Below are positions 1-14,296 of a stretch of DNA of 64,000 nucleotides, piece after piece; within the stretch, counting starts at the first letter, position 1, and every line of letters starts with the position of its first letter. The stretch is from Heptranchias perlo. Its lineage: Eukaryota. The notes below the pieces were generated by a model. The model did not search any database. It saw only the letters and a list, made by a program, of their open reading frames with translations, and was not told the origin of the DNA. The position numbers were made by a program, and so were the translations under genes. The stretch spans positions 4,774,001-4,838,000 of the forward strand of contig NC_090364.1 of the NCBI RefSeq assembly GCF_035084215.1, given 5' to 3'.

Positions 1-2813
<2,813 letters not shown>

Positions 2814-5132
2814 AGATAGTCCAGGACTATATTCAAAATTGTGTTGTGATTCCTAATAAGATAAGCACCTTCCTGCAGTGTGTGTGTGTGAGATGGTTTG
2901 GGCGAGTTATGCCCTGAACTGCTTGTGTCCAAGTTTAATGACTTCAAACAGATTTTGCAGTTTGAAATAGTATGTTTAGCACAGTAACTAGTCATGTTTT
3001 CAGATCAATGTAGTGGAGCATAAAATTCCACAAGAATTAGTGAGCAATCACCATATAATCTAGGTTGACCTCTGATTTCAGGGGTGTAGTAGTTTTAACC
3101 TTGGGCAGGTTATAGTATTTGCTTTGGTGATGGCCTCATATATGGTAATTCCTTGTGTCCTGTTTCACTTATGGTTGGTCACTTTGCAATCAGGTTTCCA
3201 TAATATAAAATTCCATTTGAGATTGGAACAGTAAGAACTTGTTCCAATTCAGATTATTGGATAACTCAATTTTGGAATGGACTTTTTGTCCTCTGCGCAT
3301 GGACGCAACTGTCCTTCAAGGTGCTGATTTTTGTTAGAACAGTAATGACCTACTGGGGCAGGACTTGGCTCCACAGCACAAACATCAGGAGATAGTTCCT
3401 TTTTTTGCTTGGAAAGGAAGAAATATTGACCTGTAGTTGGGTGCCATGACAATGTGAGCTAGAAATGTATGTGCAAGGCACAGCCTTTTAAGCTAGAACA
3501 TACTAGTGAAAGTGTTCGATTTAAACAATCTTTACCTGGCCCAAAAAAATTCAAAAGCATAATGAGTGGATCTTTGTGGCAAAAGTCTATGGAAAATGTG
3601 CCCTGTATTTGTTATCGTTGGTAGCTCAGCATTTGCCATCAAGCTGGTCTCATTTGAATGTCAACTGAGTATAATTTTTGACTAGTTGTCATTTTGAGGG
3701 GGGAATTTCACATCTCAACCATCTGCTTTCAATTCGATTGCAGCCTTAAAAAAAAAATTAGGGGGAAAAAGAAATCAGGCTTTATTCCAATCTACAGGTT
3801 AAAATAGAAGGACCTTCCCACCTCACTAATCACTGTTTAGGTTCACTTATCTCACATTACTTAACAATACTGACATCACATGTGTTTGGAGGTATCCTCC
3901 ATCTGCCAGTGACTAGACAGTGGGTCAAAACATGCAGCAACAGACTGGTGTGAAGTACAAATGTGACTAACTCCTGAATCTGAGTGTTTGAAACCTCTAG
4001 TAGTTCCTCCTATAGTTAACTTGTTCTGGTCTCATTTCTTGAGCTTGTCTTTCCCTGGGCAAGCAGCACTTTCCTTAAGCTCCTAGTCTTTATTTCAACC
4101 TCATGTGCAGCTGACTATGAAGTCCTAACACTATTCTGGCCCTGAATTTAGGGAAACATCAGTAAATTTCATTTACATTTCTTGGGCATCCTGTTCCAAC
4201 AGAGTAGATTCACCATTTCTACTTTCCTCCTGAAATGGATGAACAGCACGAGCTGAGTCATTGAAACTAGGGTTTATCAAGCACAGGACGTTCTACATAG
4301 TCTGTTCATACCACAGGGACAATATCTGCATAAACCAACACCACACAGTGTTTGTCTCTCTCTCTCTCTTTCCCCCCCCCCCCCCCCCTCCCTTCAACTT
4401 GCCTCAGTCTCACCTGCTACTAAACCTCTGGCTCATAAACCCGACTGATCACAGCACATGCACATTACTCTTGTTAAAATAATTAAACCCATCGTATATG
4501 CTGGTGGAAACAATGCCCCATCCGATATTTAAGACATAAAAGACTGCACAAGGTTACCCATTGTTTGAAGGGGTTTTTTTTAAGGTGGGGTTTCAAATAA
4601 TGGGGAACAAGCAATCTAAACACAAAGAACTGGCTAGGTTGGGAGAAAAGGCTGAAGAGACAAATGGCATTTAATGTGGAAAACTGCAAGTTTAACCAAG
4701 GAAGGGAAATAAACTCTGGAGAAGAGAAGACTCAAGTGAGATATCATTGAAGTATTCAAGATCCTTAAGGGAACAGGTGAATTGAGCTCCATTAATATGT
4801 TGGATGTTGCCACGCACTCCACAACCAGGGATACAGGCTCGAGCTTACAAGCGAAGCTGCACGGACAGTTTAACTACTTCACACCAAAGGTGGCCAACAT
4901 CTGTTGTAGACCACCCAGGGAGGCCAGTGGATGCAGATAGTGTGGGAAAATTTAAGGGAGAACTGGATAGATATTTGAAGCAGTGGGCAACTGAAGGGGC
5001 ATTCGTCTGTGGGATCCAGCCAGATGGACTGAATCTCTTCCAGGCCCGCACTTCCCTGTTAATCAGACTCACTTTCCCTTCGCCTGGCTTGTTGTTGGTT
5101 TGCAGACACTCTGATCTGTTTGGATGTTACAT

Positions 5133-5590
5133 GTCAGCCTTGGCTCAGTGGGTAGCACTCTCGCCTCAGTGTCAGACGTTTGTGGGTTCAAGTCCTACTC
5201 CAGAGCCTTGAGCACGTAATCTAGGTTGACTCTCCAGTGTAGTACTGAGGGAGTGCTGCACTGTCGGAGGTGCCGTCTTTCAGATGAGATGTTAAACCGA
5301 GGCCCTGTTGCTCCTCTCGGGTGGATGTAAAAGATCCCATGGCATTATTTCGAAGAAGTGCAGGGGAGTTCTCCCTGGGGCCAATATTTATCCCTCAACT
5401 AACATCATTAAAACAGATTATCTGTTCATTATCTCATTGCTGTTTGTGGGACCTTGCTGTGCGCAAATTGGCTGCTGTGTTTCCTACATTACAACAGTGA
5501 CCACACTTCAAAAACACTTCAGTGGCTGTAAAGCGCTTTGGGACATCCTGAGGTCGTGAGAGGCGCAACAGAATTGCAAGATCTTTCTAT
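5133..5590 (+). mobile_element. tRNA-derived Deu-domain SINE (SacSINE1-like), near full length
   Basis: tRNA-like head (TGGCTCAGTGG...GGTTCAAGTCC), Deu-type core (GATCCCATGGCA...TTGCTGTTTGTGGGA...CAAATTGGCTGC) and an L2-like tail. Many copies occur in the window. Confidence 0.8.
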
Positions 5591-5759
5591 TTTTTTCTTT
5601 GTTACATCAAGCCCACAGCTACCTTCAAATAACCAACTCACTGAACCTTCCAGAATTATGAACAACCTGTAAACCATTGTGATTCTAGATATTTTAACTC
5701 TCACTGTCACATTTGGAGAGCAGGCAACCAACAGCAATGACATCATCATCAGTCAGTGG

Positions 5760-5955
5760 TCGTCCAATGGTGGTAATCCCTCAATGTCTTGATTGGCTCT
5801 GGGTAGCATCCCTGCTCCTCCTTTTTTTGATTGGAGCTCTGAGTGAGGACAAAAGGTCTGATTGGTTACTGGGAACTGTCACTCATCACCTGGACTGCCA
5901 CTTCCTGTATTAAAGGGGGGGGGGGCGGGGCACACTGTCCCCAGCAGTATAAATA
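5760..5955 (+). promoter_or_regulatory. Core promoter of ferritin copy 2
   Basis: TATAAATA at 5948-5955, 58 nt before the ATG at 6013. GC box GGGGCGGGG at ~5922-5930. CCAAT/ATTGG boxes at ~5764, 5792, 5830 and 5861. Confidence 0.75.
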
Positions 5956-6012
5956 CAGGAGCAGGTGAGTGAGGGTTTGTTTAAGGATCTTGTTATTTGG
6001 TCACTTTTCAAG

Positions 6013-8438
6013 ATGGTGTCTGAGGTGTGTCAGAACTATCACAAGGAGTGTGAGGATGGTGTCAACAAGCAGATCAATATGGAGCTCTATTCCTCCTATG
6101 TTTACCTCTCCATGGTGAGTTTCAGTTTTTCTTGTTGCAGTGACTTTTCTGATCTGAAAGCTATTATTGGAATCAATAACTTGGAAACAGTTTTCTTTAA
6201 GTTAGTGTAGCCTTGGATTGATTCATACTTAGAATCATAGAGAGGTTACAGCATGGAAGGAGGCCATTTGGCCCATTGAGTCTGTGCTGGTTCTGTGTAA
6301 AGCAATCCAGCTAGTCCCACTCCCCTGCTGTAGCCCTGCATTTTTTTTTTCTTTCAAGTACTTATCCAGTTCTCTTTTGAAGGCTATGATTGAATCTGCC
6401 TCCAGCACCCCCTCAGGCAGTGTATTCCAAATCATAACCACTTGCTGTGTTTTTTAAAAAAAACCTTTTCCTCATGTTACCTTTTGGTTCATTTGCCAAT
6501 CACCTTAAATTTATGTCCTCTTGTGCCAATGGGAAGTTTCTCTCCATCTACTCTGTCTAGACCCTTCATGATTTTGGTCCATATCATTATACTTGGCCCA
6601 ATGATCCAAGCTCCTAGGCTTCTAATCCTTGCAGGAGTTACCTCAACTCAAAGGGATCTGGACTTCAACCAAAAGTTTTTTTTTAAATTCCCTGCAAAGT
6701 GAATGAAGTTATTAAAATCTGAAATGAGTACTTTAATCTAATTTACCAAACAAAATACCCTTAGTGGGAAGGGATAATTGAGTGCATTTGACTAACTGGC
6801 CAGAATTGGTGCAGTGTCTGAAATGGTTCTTAAGATTGTGGAGTTTGTTCATGTTTAGACCCCAGCTCCTGCACTAATGAAGCAGGAGGAATCCAGAAGC
6901 TGGGGGATAGTATTGCAGTCTAACTACTTGTTCTGGGTAGGGAGTGAGGACAAAAGTATGACTTGCAAATTAAACCAAACCCAGTTTAGCATGTGATGAC
7001 TTCAATGTGCACAAGTCACCAAAGCAAACAAAAGGTTGAGTTAATAACTGATTGGAGCCTATTCTCCATACATCTCCCATTCTATTGTACATGAATGTAC
7101 AAAACATGTTATCACCAATTATTGGGATTGAGAAAGCCCAATACCACAATGACTATCTACAAACCCCCTCCTCCACCAGCTCCCAGTGAAGGGTCATAAA
7201 ACGAACCATGATGACAAAGTCTGTCCAGTGAGGTTGTCTTGTTTCCTGGCACTAGGTGAGTTGCTAGGAGCTGTGTACATTACTCATTGTGCCCATTACT
7301 CATTGACTTAATCAGATAATTGCGGCCCACAGCCGTTCTTGATCAACTGAATTGATTAGATCTGCTTTGACTCCCATTTTCAATAGTGACTTTCTTCCTA
7401 CAGTCCTTCTACTTTGACCGGGATGATGTTGCCCTCTCTCATTTTGCCGAGTTCTTCAAGAAACAGTCACATGAGGAACGGGAGAACGCTGAGAAACTGA
7501 TGAAATTCCAGAATCAGCGTGGAGGCCGTATTGTCTTGAAGGACATCAAGGTTGGAGAATTGTACCTGCTTATTTTCTCCCCTAACCTGGGATACTTTTG
7601 ATACAAAATGCCCATGCAGAAAATTATTTAGCTCCAGTTTTTGGGTTATATCCACTGTCACCTAGTATTTGAAGACTGTGAAGAATTAGTTTGTATGAGC
7701 AGAAATGTACCCACTAGTACACTAGAGTTTGACCTGGTAATCTAGAATGCATGTTCTGCACATTTATTTCTGAGCACACCTGCACTGGACTTTATGCTTG
7801 ACATGCACTTCAATTTGCTAAGACCAAAAATTCCTTCTCCAGAAGCCAGAGCAGGATGAGTGGAGCAATGGTCTGGAGGCAATGCAGAGAGCTCTGCAGA
7901 TGGAGAAGGATGTGAACCAGAGTCTGCTGGATCTGCACAAACTGTCCACTGAGAGGACAGACCCTCATGTAAGTTCTTTTTGTTCTGTTGGAGTGAGGTG
8001 GTAAAAATGTAATCAATTAAATGTCCCTCTCTCTTTAATTTTCACCAGTGGAATAATTCCACTAATTTGCTCTGTGCTACACACATGGCCACAATGATGC
8101 CTTGGACATCCTGTATGTTTGAACCAGAAGGTTGTTGCAATATTTTTAAGCCATTACTATGAAATCTGCCATTCGTGTCCCATTCCTGAGTACCTGTTAT
8201 ACTGTTTGACTGTTGTGGAACAGGGATGTACCCAAGGACTTAGATATTCTGGCCTCACCTCTCAATATTTTCATTTTTTTTAATCCAGTTGTGTGATTTC
8301 CTGAAGACCCACTACTTGGATGAGCAAGTGAAGATGATCAAGAAGCTTGGAGATCACCTCACCAACCTGAAGAGACTGGGAGCCCCTGAGAATGGCATGG
8401 GAGTGTACCTGTTTGACCAGCTCACCTTGAGGAGCTAA
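6013..8438 (+). CDS. Ferritin subunit, tandem copy 2, 174 aa; exons 6013-6114, 7404-7550, 7843-7968, 8289-8438
   Basis: [34 protein letters not shown] / [49 protein letters not shown] / [42 protein letters not shown] / [49 protein letters not shown]. Intact frame, GT-AG introns, ATTAAA at 8552-8557. Confidence 0.95.
6230..6577 (-). mobile_element. CR1 LINE 3' fragment in ferritin 2 intron 1
   Basis: Translates to the CR1 ORF2 C-terminus ([25 protein letters not shown]), followed by the CR1 3' hairpin and ATTCT tail. Confidence 0.85.
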
Positions 8439-9372
8439 CACTGAATTCTGCCACTTGACTTGTCCCAAAAGTTGAACCTTTTTACTGGTCTAATGAGATT
8501 AGTATATTTGATTGAGACAATATATTGATTTAATGATGTATGAAGTAATCTATTAAAGAACTATTTGATTCTGACATTCTGACTTTTTTAAAAGCTAAAG
8601 TGTTCACTGACTTCTTAATCCAAGTAAATCTAACTGTCATTATCTTTCAACTGACTTTAGCTTTATCCCAAAGAATTACATTTCCACATGGAGCACACCA
8701 ATGGGAAATAATTTGGTCCTATGAGAATCCAGCTGGCCAGTGCCCTTTTTTCTAATGTATTAATTTGGGTTGAATGTTAATGATTTTTGAAGAAGGTTGT
8801 GGTTCTCTGGCTAAGCACCATCTCAAACGAAGGTGGGCAACTTCCCCTTGTGCAGAATTCGGAGAGAAGCCTTTGCTGCCTTCTGTCCATCTCATTTGGA
8901 CAAGAGGTTGGTTCCTTGAACTCTTGCTGTCTGGTCATGTTAGTTAAATCTCCTTAACCTAGTCTTGGTTCCCTCCATTCTCCCACTGTGAAGCAGCAGC
9001 ATCTAAACTAAAACTTTTACTGTTTCTCGGCTAGTGACCAGGCCAAGACTGTCTTTGTAAGAGCTTGACTTTCATATTATAGAAATAAAAATGTTATTCT
9101 AAATAAAATCCCATGCTGAGGGGAAATAATGTGTATCTGCTAAACTAATGGTAACTAATTACCATGCCAACTCTTCAAGGCAAATCTACATTTCAAACCT
9201 CCTTCATGATGGAACATTAACTCTAATCAATCCTATGTACAACATACAAACTCCCACTTGTGATAAACTGCTCAGTTGGTTAACTATATGGATTGAAATG
9301 TCATGGGTTTGATTCCAGGGCTGGGCTGAGTTAACTGAGCTTTCCTGGACTAGTAGCCAGAGTGCAACAATT

Positions 9373-10455
9373 GGTGCAAAAAAAGGTTCACCAGGATGAT
9401 GCCAGAACTGAGGATATGCTTACCAGGAAAGACTGAACAGGCTCGGACTCTTTGCTCTAGAAAAGAGAAAGCTGAGAGGGCTTTCCGGGTCTGAAATTGA
9501 GTTTGAAAATGCCTGAGGCCAAGAAAGGTGTCAAGAAAACCATGAGTAAAGTACCAACCAAGAAGTGTCCAGTTCTGGGCACCGCACTTTAGGAAAGATG
9601 TAATGGCCTTAGAGGGGATGCAGAAGAGATTTACGAGAATGATTCCAGAGATGAGGGACTTTAGTTACATGGTCATACTGGAGAAGCTGGGGTGGTTCTC
9701 CTTGGACCAGAGATGGTTGCGAGGAGATTTGATAGAGATGTTCAAAATCATTGAAGGGTCTAGATAGAGAGGAAACTGTTCCCATTGGTGGAAGGCTCAA
9801 GAACCAGAGGACATAGGTTAAAGGTGATTGGCAAAAGAACCAAAGGTGACATGAGGAAAAACTTTTTCACACTGCAAGTGGTTAGGATCTGGAATGCACT
9901 GCCCGAGGGGTGGAGGCAGATTCAATCGTGGCCTTCAAAAGGGAACTGGATAAGTACTTGAAAGGGAAAAAATTGCAGGACTACGGGGATAAGGTGGGGG
10001 AGTGGGATTAGCTGGATTGCTCTTGCATGGAGCCAGCGTTGTCTCGATGGGCCGAATAGCCTCCTTGTGTGCTGTAACCTTTCTATGATTCTAGGTGACC
10101 TGAGAGAGATCTTCAAGATTATGATGGGGTAGATGTAGAGATGATGTTTCCACTTGTTGGGGGAGACCAAAGCTAGGGGCCATAAATATAAGCTAGTCGC
10201 TAATAAATCCAATAGGGAATTCAGGAGAAACTTCTTTACCCAGAGAGTGGTGAGAATGTGGAACTTGCTACCACATGGAGTAGTTGAGGTGAATAGCATC
10301 GATGCATTTAAGTGGAAGCGAGATAAATGCATGAAGAAAGGAATAGAAGGATATGATGAAAGGGTTAGATAAAGAGGGATGGGAGGAGGCTGGTGTGGAG
10401 CATAGACCAGTGGGGCTGAGTGGCCTGTTTCTGTGTTATAGACCTCTATGTAATT
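9373..10455 (+). mobile_element. Nested CR1 LINEs: an older CR1 (9373-9480 plus 10093-10455) interrupted by a younger insert (9481-10092)
   Basis: The host sequence ...AAGCTGAGAGGG resumes as (AG)GTGACCTGAGAGAG, matching the uninterrupted CR1 at ~60510-60530. The inner CR1 (9566-10092) ends in TTCTATGATTCT. Confidence 0.8.
9481..9565 (+). pseudogene. Putative histone H2B 5' fragment (UTR plus MPEAKKGVKKTMSKVPTKK) fused to CR1
   Basis: ATG at 9509 gives an MPE start and a KKGxKK basic motif typical of H2B N-termini. The sequence switches abruptly into CR1 at 9566. Confidence 0.5.
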
Positions 10456-10809
10456 AGTTTTATTGCCGCTGGGCTAGACAGGGGACAATCAGCCAGGGTT
10501 CCTGCTCCAGATTACAATCCAGTGACCCCCTGCTGGAATGTACCCGTGTGGGTACTGGGTCGGGTGTGGTTGCACTGCCCTCTTTTTCTCCCCCCATACC
10601 CCAATGAAGAATGATTTCTTGGGTGAGCTCCCAGACTAGTCCACGTGCAACTGTACCTCAACAAGAGGCAGTGCCTTGGAAGGGGAAGAATGGAATATAA
10701 AGCTCTAGCAATAAACTTCAAAAGAGCAACTGATTGTAGTTTAGCCCAGTCCTCAGATGGTTAAATAGGACACATCCCACTTACCAGTCCCATTACACAA
10801 CTGCAGCAA

Positions 10810-10900
10810 GTCCTGATAAGCTTCACTTTAGCCGATCCTGTCACGTTATCTCTCCTGCCCTACGGGTGACCTCCGCCCTTGCCGCTGTCATTTGACAAAA
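10810..10900 (+). promoter_or_regulatory. Putative TATA-less promoter of the COX17-like gene
   Basis: GATA motifs TGATAA (10814-10819) and TTATCT (10846-10851), Sp/KLF box CTCCGCCC (10871-10878) and TGTCATTTGACA palindrome (10886-10897), 100-190 nt upstream of the ATG. Confidence 0.45.
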
Positions 10901-10996
10901 AAAAAATAATCTTCCACGTTTCAGCTTCAGGGGGACGAGGGGAAAGAGACGGAGAGGGAGAGAGAGAGGGAGACAGCCATTCAGAGGATTGCCGCC

Positions 10997-13518
10997 ATGT
11001 CAGACAGTAAAGATCAGGAGACCATACGTGAAGCAGAGAAAGACAAGGCCACGACTGCATCGCCTGAGACGCCCTGCGCAGACCTGAAAACTGCCATGGT
11101 GAAATGGTGAGTACGACTGTTTGCTTTTAAGAAACATTCCTGTCCCATTTTAATTGAATGGGGGCAGTCGGTAAATGTGAACCTTCACGGTAAATGTTTT
11201 TTTTTTAAATCGCTGAGTACATCACCGATCTGCATTTTACGGGATTTTAAACGACTAAAATGCAGAGTCTCTCCGTGGTTAAATACATTTTCCCATTCTA
11301 GCAGCAGAAGTGATCTTGCTTTGTGGACCTGTCAGTTTGCATATATCGACTCTGAATTAACTATAATCCAGGAATTTGCGTGGAATGTCGGCCCTGCCAT
11401 CCCGTTATTCCAATTAGGGTGGATGCCTGTTATTGTCACTCCCTCCCCCCCTCTTTCCTCTCCTCCCCACCTCAACCCCCAACCCCCAACCCTACCCAAC
11501 ATGTACAAGAGGAGAGAGTCTCTTCCAGCACTGATAATCCAAACCTCTCCGACTCTCCACCTCTCTCTCCTCCATTAAGCCTTAGTGTAAAACCTACCTC
11601 TTGGACCAAGCTTTCGGTCGCCTGTCCTAATGTCTCCTTCTTTGGCTCGGTGTCAATTTTTGCCTGATTAACACTCCTGTGCAGCGCCTTGGGACGTCTT
11701 ACTACGTTAAAGGCGCTATATGGTCCAGTGCAGTACTGAGGGAGTGCTGCACTGTTGGAGGTGCCATTTTTCGGATGAGACTTCAAACCGAGGCCACATC
11801 TGCCCTCAGGTGGATGTAAAAATCCCACGGCCACTATTTCAAAGAGGAGCAGGGGGAGTTCTCCCCGGTATCCTGGTCAACATTTATCCCTCTACCAATA
11901 TTACTAAAACACAAATTATCTGGTCATTATCACGTTGCTGTTTGTGGGATCTTGCTGTGCGCAAATTGGCTGCCGCATTTCCTACATTACACTTCAAAAG
12001 TACTTCATTGACTGTAAAGCGCTTTGGGATGTCCTGAGACCGTCAAAGGCCGATATAAGCTGGGAACAGGTGAAGTGCAGGACTGATGTCAGGAGGCTTA
12101 ATTTCCACCCACAGAGATTAATACCTGAAGTAATTTTCCAATAGTAAGGAAAAAACACTAGTCATTCTAGTTAACCTTTGTTTGGTGGTGTTAGTTGAGG
12201 GAGGTGTGTTGAATAGGACACCTCTCCTGCTCTTCTTCAAATAGTGCAATGGGATCTTTTAAGTCCACCAAAGAAAGCAGGCAGGACCTCAGTTTAATAT
12301 CTCGCTCCCTCAGTACTGCACTAGATCAGGTCCTCGAGCCCAGGAGTAGGACCTAAACCCACAACCTCCTGAATCAGAGGCGAGAGTGCTGCCAACGAGG
12401 TGGCAGATATCTTACCTTTCCAATCGGGTAGGCCAGACAGCCCAGAAGGTCCCAGGTTTGAATCCCAAACTATAGAGTTAGCTGATGTCCGGAGGGAGGG
12501 AGGGGGGGGGCGTGAGAATAATGGGTCTCAGGCCCCTGTGGAAAATTAGCTGGGATTTGCAAGTGACTCCTGTTGAGTGCATTGGTTAATAAAAAAGTCA
12601 TCTTTTAGCAGTGGTGCCTTCCACAGCGGAATAGTCTACTGCCATTCACTATCAAAGCGCATGTACAAGTGGACATTTGAGTGAGGGAATGGACAGCTAC
12701 CATTTTGGAATCTCGAATCTGGAGATTTTGGGGGGAGGGGGGTAAAATTGAAAGATGCAGAAAAATGGATTCCGACATCTAAGCAGAGGGAATCCTCCAT
12801 TCAGGATTAACTCGCATCAGGAAGGCCTCCCCTCACTGGAAGCTGGTGTCATTCAGTTGGCGTGAGACTCCTTTCACTGCCCTGGTATTGTTTTAACCTC
12901 AAACTCTGTTCCCTAACTCGAGCTGACGGTGACTTTGCCTGGTTTATCTTACGTGGCCAGCCCCAGGGCAGGGACTGAGGACCATGTCACCCAGTGATGG
13001 GTAATTTAAACTGTCGGCCCGCGAGCCTCCGAGCGCTGACTCAGCGCGCCTGACATCTAATTAAACCAGGGAAGAATTTCTGGGTATTTCATGGCTGGTT
13101 GCTGCTGTGTTTGCATTGTACTCGTGTAATGAAGTCTGACTGGTCATTAGTGCTGGGTTTCTAGGTACTACCCACCCAGATAAATCCATAAAGCATTTCT
13201 GGACACATTCTCTGTTAGTATGAGATCTGAAAGGACTTCCTCGTTGTTTAACAAACTGAGAACAGCAAGGCTTCTAATATTGGTATGAGTTTCGTTGGGG
13301 GAGGGCGGATGGATTTGGGGGTTGGGATTAAGTTTGGGGGTTTAGACCCCCATTCCTTTTAAATCTGTTTCCCATACAGTAGTCAGCAGCACATCTGCCT
13401 TTAATTTTGGTGCTTTTTAAAAATCATTTCCAGCATTGCGGATAAAGGTGAAGAAAGTTGCAAAGAGGCGACTCAGGCCTACAAGAACTGCATGAAAACG
13501 TTAGGATTGAAAGTTTAA
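10997..13518 (+). CDS. COX17-like twin CX9C (CHCH) protein, 64 aa, lacking the CC copper motif; coding exons 10997-11106 and 13434-13518; non-coding exon 3 from 15032 to ~15160
   Basis: GCCGCCATG Kozak context. Donor TG|GTGAGT at 11107; acceptor TTTCCAG at 13433; phase-2 join. Protein: MSDSKDQETIREAEKDKATTASPETPCADLKTAMVKCIADKGEESCKEATQAYKNCMKTLGLKV*. It aligns without gaps to the COX17 C-terminal half ([38 protein letters not shown]). Second donor at 13532, acceptor at 15031, AATAAA at 15137-15142. Confidence 0.85.
11530..12400. mobile_element. L2 3' end (11530-11720, +), Deu-SINE (11723-12060, +) and a second SINE fragment (12120-12400, -)
   Basis: L2 tail ...GTTAAAGGCGCTATAT and Deu-core sequence matching the SINE at 5133. 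Confidence 0.75.
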
Positions 13519-14296
13519 CAGCAGCTGACTGGTGAGTGTCTGTTATATTTGGTGTCGCTGTTTTGGTGACAATTATCCATGAGTCACTCCGTTCTCTAGC
13601 CGCCAACTCCGTCCCTCTCCCTGGCCGCTGTCTGAGGCTGATCCAGACCGCTCGCAACCTTGGCGTCCCATCACGCAGCTTCCAACCACATATCCGCTCC
13701 ATCACCAAGACCGCCTACTTCCACCTCCGTCACACGGCCCGCCTCCGCCCCGCCTCAGCTCATCTGCTGCTGAAGCCTGCATCGTCGGGGTGTAGTTGCA
13801 GAGTCTGGCCAATAAGTGGTAGGGTTGCCAATATTTTTCTAATTAATAAATGAAATTTTTAAAAAACTCATCATTTTTTGAAGTCCTAGGATTTTTCTCC
13901 CTGGTTTGCTCTCAGCAATGTCCCAGGAGATTAATCTTCGATTCCTGGTGACTCCAGGGTGCAGTCCTGAAGAGTTGGCAACCCTAATTCTTGGTCTGTG
14001 CTGAATTTGCTGATCTCCATCACGCTGATCACTCAGAACAACACGACTGTGGTTTAATCTCATTTTGCTGCGTAATCTTTGGTGACAGTGTTGTTTTTGG
14101 TTGCTTAATTCCCCCGCCCCCAAGTTATCATTGGGCCAATCGCATCGTGACTCCTGGGAACTGCAGGAAGAAATGCTTTTTAAGCCAGTCTTCCTACACT
14201 GTTCTCACACGCTGGGTCAGGATACACGAGAAAGCTTGAGATCCAATAAGTGATCTTTCTCCCACCTCTGGCCTCCAAACTCTCTCACTTTGCCTT

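Noticed and set aside
2866-2890. CAGTGT in the ferritin copy 1 3' UTR as a possible IRE
   Set aside because: The flanking bases cannot form the 5-bp upper stem.
5133-5205. tRNA-like sequences (also at 18945, 42980, 45395 and 59040-59099)
   Set aside because: Pol III A/B-box heads continuous with SINE bodies, with no intact cloverleaf.
5965-6012. CAG|GTGAGT donor before the ferritin 2 ATG as a 5'-UTR intron
   Set aside because: It would be under 50 nt long and begins upstream of the TATA-predicted start site.
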